Source: Yuukianura sp. NJ FZ-2021
Lineage: Eukaryota
Direction: 5' to 3'
Assembly: GCA_046563655.1 (NCBI GenBank)
Contig: CM102290.1
Span: 13,826,001 to 13,890,000 of the forward strand
Length of the DNA stretch: 64,000 bases
The translations under genes and the position numbers were made by a program. Shown piece by piece: positions 59,801 through 64,000 of this stretch. The stretch's first letter is position 1. Every line of letters starts with the position of its first letter. The notes beneath the pieces are model-generated. The model did no database searches. It saw only the letters and a program-made list of their open reading frames with translations, and was not told the DNA's origin.

Positions 59801-62800
59801 TAACAATGCACTTGAAAATTGGAACGCTCAGTTGATCAATATTTAAGCTCAACTTGAAAAACTGAAAATTATACTAATCGAAAATTGTAAATTTTTGCAA
59901 CACTTCGCTACTTTTGTAAAAAATAATTTGAGTCAACATGAACAAATTTGTGTTTCTTTTCATCGGCATTGCTCTGATGCCTTTGGTGACGCCAAAGCCA
60001 CAAGACGCAGGTAGCATTTTAAATTTTTAAAAATTAACTAATTTGGGTGATTTATATTAAAATTGAAAAATTTTAGAAAATTTTAACTTAAATATTTTTT
60101 GTAGTTGCGTTGAGCTGCTACGATGAACGAGGGCAAGCCTACGTGGGCAACCTTCCGCATCCAACAGACTGTAACAAATACGTTTTGTGTCAATTTATGG
60201 GTGGTGGCACTTATTTGCCAAATGAAGTTTCCTGTGGCGCAGACGTATTGACCTACGACTTTAAAGATTGCGTTTGTGACTACACTGGAGGATCAACTGA
60301 GTGCTTCAACAGTGGAAACCCAGAACACGTTGCAAGTAAGTCAAACAGTTGAAACGGAAGTGATTGAAATTTAAAAAAAAAAAAAAACTAAATTTCAAAA
60401 TTTTGATTTTTTCCAGACAAATTTGTTTGTGCCACTAAGCATCCTTGAAGCTTTCAAGAAAAAATCTACTAAAATCCTGTTGTTCCACTAATACGAGTTT
60501 TATAATTTAATTGAATTTGAATAAAAATTATTTCAAAATTCTATAAATCAACTTTTGCGTTTGCGTCAAACTTATCGGATTTTTTTCTTTTTGCATTTCG
60601 TTTTGAAAAAAAATTGTAATATTTACCTGGAATAGCTCGATCTGGCAGACTGTATCGCAGTGTACTTGGATCTTGATTGGTAAAACCGAATCTAATTCCA
60701 CCGGCAAATTCATTCGAAGTGCCAATCACTTTGACGCAGATCTGGAAAGCCAAAATTAAAACAAAACATTTTTAGAGTAGTCACAACATTGGTCAAAGAT
60801 CAAAATATTGGCAAGCGTCTCTCTTGTTCTGAACCGCCGCTATAGTCACGTGCCACGCGTCGTTCTAAACAATGGACACACGCTCCAGCATTTGATTAAG
60901 CAAAATAAATGACAGAGTAGGAAATAAATCAAAGGCAAATTGGACTTCCATTCTCAAATGCTCACAACATCCACAAGTTGTGGACGTTTTGAAGAAGGTG
61001 AGCACAAAAAACGTGATTCCCAGGGTACAAGTATCGTAAACTAGGGAACTCTTTCATTCAAAGCCAACTTCGGACATTCAGAAGGTGTAATTTAAAAAAT
61101 TGTAAAAGAAGTGAGGATGTCATGCCTCAGTGCACGTTGGTCGTCATGTCTGACTTCACTAAAAGCTCTCTCTGTACTTCACTTTTCCTAAAGACAGGCA
61201 TGAAATTCCTCAAAGTCCTATTTTTTAGAAAGGCAAGTTCTGTGGACATGGGAAATTAAGTTTTGGAAGCAACTCTTGAAGGAAATAACAATGGATGATC
61301 AAGGCATCCATCCACAGTGCCGGCAATTCCGTTGTCATCGCATCTTGAAAGCAAGATGCTTATAGCCTCTATGTAATTCCAATCTTCTTCTTCATCATGC
61401 ATCGCTGCTCACCTTTTTTCAAAAAAACCGCGTGCCCACGCTTACAACTTCCCGCATCATTTTGAATCATGAAAGGTTTCAAGGATATTCGTGCATAAAA
61501 ATAATCACGAATAATTCCCTCCAGAAATTCAAATCAGAAATGACTTTGTTACGCATGCATTTGAACTAAAAGTGCATGATGCTGGAGGCTCCAATTGAAG
61601 TACATAAAAAAGTACAGTAGAACCCCTCATTTAGAAACACGCTCTGATTGGTTGTTTGAGAGGAACTTACAGCAAACTCTCTCATTGCAGTACACACTTA
61701 GCCTTACCTGCTTTTTCACTTTTCTATCTTTCCACTTTTTGATCAATTTTTTTTACCATTTTACCTGCCATGTCTGCAATTAGAAACTTTACGGTATTCC
61801 ACTCAAGCACCCAATCATAGAAAGTTGCAAAAAGAGAGGTTGTACTGTATACAGGACCACCCATAGTACTTAGCAAGCAAGCATATTATTTTTAAAGTTA
61901 ATATTTCTTCAAAAACTTGAAGTTTTACGGTATTACCGAGAAAAAAGTGTTGTGAAATGAGAAGTTTTTCTGTATGTGAATGTAAATTTGTGTAAATTTG
62001 AAAGAGAGGAGCCTTAAGGTACATGCTACAGTATGTTGATCATCATTGTCTAAATTATGGTGCGGTGGGGCTGGGTGGGAAGTGGTTGATAGAACATAAA
62101 GCATGTGGCAGTACATGTGCCCCACGGTTTCATGCACATGGAGGTTGAATCCATTGGCAGCCGACAGTTGGCAGAAGACTTGAAACATAAAATAAGGCAG
62201 AGTTTTCAAAGGAAATGAGTTCCATTTCATGATTCCGAGTCCTTGTGGAGGGAAGCGTGAAACCAGGCAGAGCGTTTTGCTTGAAGAAAGAAGCCTTAGA
62301 ACTTAAAGTTGAAAATGAATGTAAGGGCCTTACTCTTTCATTGACTTTGACGGCCCTGTCGGAGAAGACAATGGCTTTGCAGTACGTGTGTGACAGACTC
62401 GGAACACGACGAACTGCAGTGCCGCCCTGGAAAATTTGAATGTTTTCTCCATGGACAGAGTGGAACCGAAGGGGTGAAAGGTTTGAATCTCCCGCTTTCT
62501 CGTCCTGCCCAACTCCGCCTGTCAAGTTTCAAAAAATAAGTTAAACAGGAGTAAAAACAGAATTTTTTACCCCCTCTAAAATGCTTTTTAAACTCCGAGA
62601 AGATTTGAGAGTTTGAAAGTAAATTGCGTTTACATATGGTTTTGGATTTGAGTTTTTAAGTACAGAAAATGAATGGGAATAATACATCGTGCTATCTACT
62701 AACAGATCCTGGGAACCGGCAGTTTTTGAACTCCTTCATTTCAAGTTTTACTAAACTTTCCGTTTCCTGGTTCCAAGCTGTACTGTGTATCAACATGGGT

Positions 62801-64000
62801 ACAAGATTTCAAAGTTAAAAGTTGAAAATACAAAAAAGAATACAAAAAGTTGAAAATTTGAATTCGACAAAGAAAGTAACTGTTGGATTCACAGGATTTT
62901 TCAAAACGTTCTTGTTATGAAACGATGCAAATTTTAGAAATTTAAATAATTAACAACATCAAAAAAAAAGTTTCTTAAAATTGAACAAAATTTTCGACAG
63001 AAGAGGCAAAAGTCAAAAGAAAAACTGTATCAAAAACAATAAATTTGACACAAAAATAAATTTGATTGTTAATGGCATGGAGGTATGACAAAAAAAAATT
63101 CTAAAAATTTTGTCATTAATTTTTCCGAAAACTGCAAACATCAAACGATTTGTACTTTAAAAGTTCAGAAGCCTAAAATTTAGTCACTGTAACTTTTGCA
63201 TTTGTGTTACGTTAACTAAACCAAAATTCAATCTTTTTGAAAACTTTTCAAAATTTTCATAGTCAAATTTTTAAATAGTTTTAACAGTTTAGTGTTGGCG
63301 ATACAGGAAGCATTGTGAGAGGGAACACAGGACTACGGTTTTTTTCTTTTCCGTTGGTGTGAAAGCAGAAGTTAACGGAAAGAGTGAACTCTAACCTAAA
63401 CATTTTCCTTCCTTTTGCTTTGCTTTTAAATTTTGAATTTTTTTGAAATGTGGCTGAGGGCAAAGGGGATGATGGTTTCCGTAGAGCCTTGTGCTTAAAG
63501 CAGAATAAGAAATTGGTTCTAGTTCGTGATTCCTTCCATGAGAAACCCACCACCGTTGCCACCGGAAACAGGACTTCACAGGCCCACTTCCAGTCATAAA
63601 CGGCTCTAAAAAACACAAACCATCCCTCTAGGTTCCTTCAGGCCAAAAGACTCCCAGTTTCCGCCCAACCTACAAAATGTGTCACATCGCTGCTCATCCC
63701 CCCGTTTCTCACAGGAAACAGCGATTTTTAAGGGCTCCCCTACCCTTACTTCAGCAAACGTTGAAAAATTCTGAAAAATTTGAAAATTTGTCTTACCAAT
63801 TCCAATTTTGCTTTGGATTTTCTTGATGGCTTTGACATTGGAGATCCATGGAGCACAAGTTGGCGTGGGGGTTGACACATTATCGGAGTGGACGCGTGTC
63901 GGTTGAAGTGGACCAGGAGAACACTGATTCAAAGCAGGACTGATTTCCTCAGCATCCAAACAATAGGAGTTGAGTGTAGCCAGAGCATTGGCATGAACTT
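56867..64000 (-). CDS. neur: Neuralized-like E3 ubiquitin ligase (two NHR domains + C3HC4 RING); 5' end beyond the window
   Basis: Phase-consistent exons: >=64000-63797, 62518-62334, 60741-60627, 59323-59105, 58646-58481, 58386-58260, 58190-57992, 57847-57674, 57595-57261, 57161-57039, 56962-56867 (about 646 aa in window). NHR1: PLRFHSVHGENI...GGIRFGFT...GFWAKAL...LWALVDVYGNT. NHR2: LQFHPTCGMNI...FTSRPI...LVDRPEYWI...YAFFDLFG. RING: CVAC...PCGHLTMCYDC...CPICRK. Minus-strand AATAAA at 56832-56837. Confidence 0.92.
58703..59067. mobile_element. MITE family A in a neuralized intron, with nested hAT-type remnant (about 58813-58981)
   Basis: TA|CAGTAAGCCATCTCAAATTGCAACT ... AGTTGCAATTTGAGAGGATCCACTG|TA. 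Confidence 0.8.
59938..60448 (+). CDS. Small secreted chitin-binding protein (single peritrophin-A/CBM14 domain), 111 aa, nested antisense in a neuralized intron
   Basis: Exons 59938-60010 (MNKFVFLFIGIALMPLVTPKPQDA, signal peptide), 60105-60335 (C...GNLPHPTDCNKYVLC...C...YDFKDCVCD...C) and 60417-60448 (NKFVCATKHP stop). Canonical junctions; AATAAA at 60520-60525. Confidence 0.9.

Noticed and set aside
60860..61560. Possible second nested gene or pseudogene in a neuralized intron
   Set aside because: Frames I translated close within about 50 codons and resemble no family I recognise.
62095..62140. GHMYCHM peptide resembling a RING fragment
   Set aside because: Other zinc ligands are absent and there are no supporting splice sites; the real RING is at 56867-57161.
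62700..62796. Alternative neuralized first exon MLIHSTAWNQ...
   Set aside because: Its candidate donor is phase 0 while the next exon needs phase 1; the exon ending at 63797 fits both phase and homology.

Overview
AT-rich eukaryotic DNA from an arthropod (inferred from a Rebers-Riddiford cuticle protein gene; the species cannot be determined). Five protein-coding genes were reconstructed by hand from GT-AG junctions and reading-frame phase. (1) The first coding exon of a probable NK7 homeobox gene (minus, 2576-3371; no homeobox seen in 1-2575, so it should lie left of the window). (2) A complete NK6/HGTX homeobox gene (minus, 32632-43854), in tandem with it. (3) A three-exon RR-1 cuticular protein gene missed by the ORF track (minus, 51788-52302). 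(4) A divergent, intron-rich neuralized-like gene with two NHR domains and a RING (minus, 56867 to beyond 64000). (5) A small secreted chitin-binding (CBM14) gene nested antisense in a neuralized intron (plus, 59938-60448). The long non-coding stretches alternate between GC-richer, motif-dense blocks and AT-rich spacers holding several families of short non-autonomous transposons, often nested. Most interesting signals: a 5 x 21-bp coding repeat in the NK7-like exon that reads both as tandem SUMO-interacting-like motifs and as phased IR-1 (ecdysone-response-type) palindromes; an extra intron in the NK6 homeobox that coincides with a Q-to-G change; a CTCF-type site with its upstream module midway between the two NK genes; and a recurrent AAGGGCCCTT-type palindrome around the NK genes. 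No CRISPR array, rRNA or intact tRNA gene is supported. Family assignments rest on recalled motifs, not database searches.
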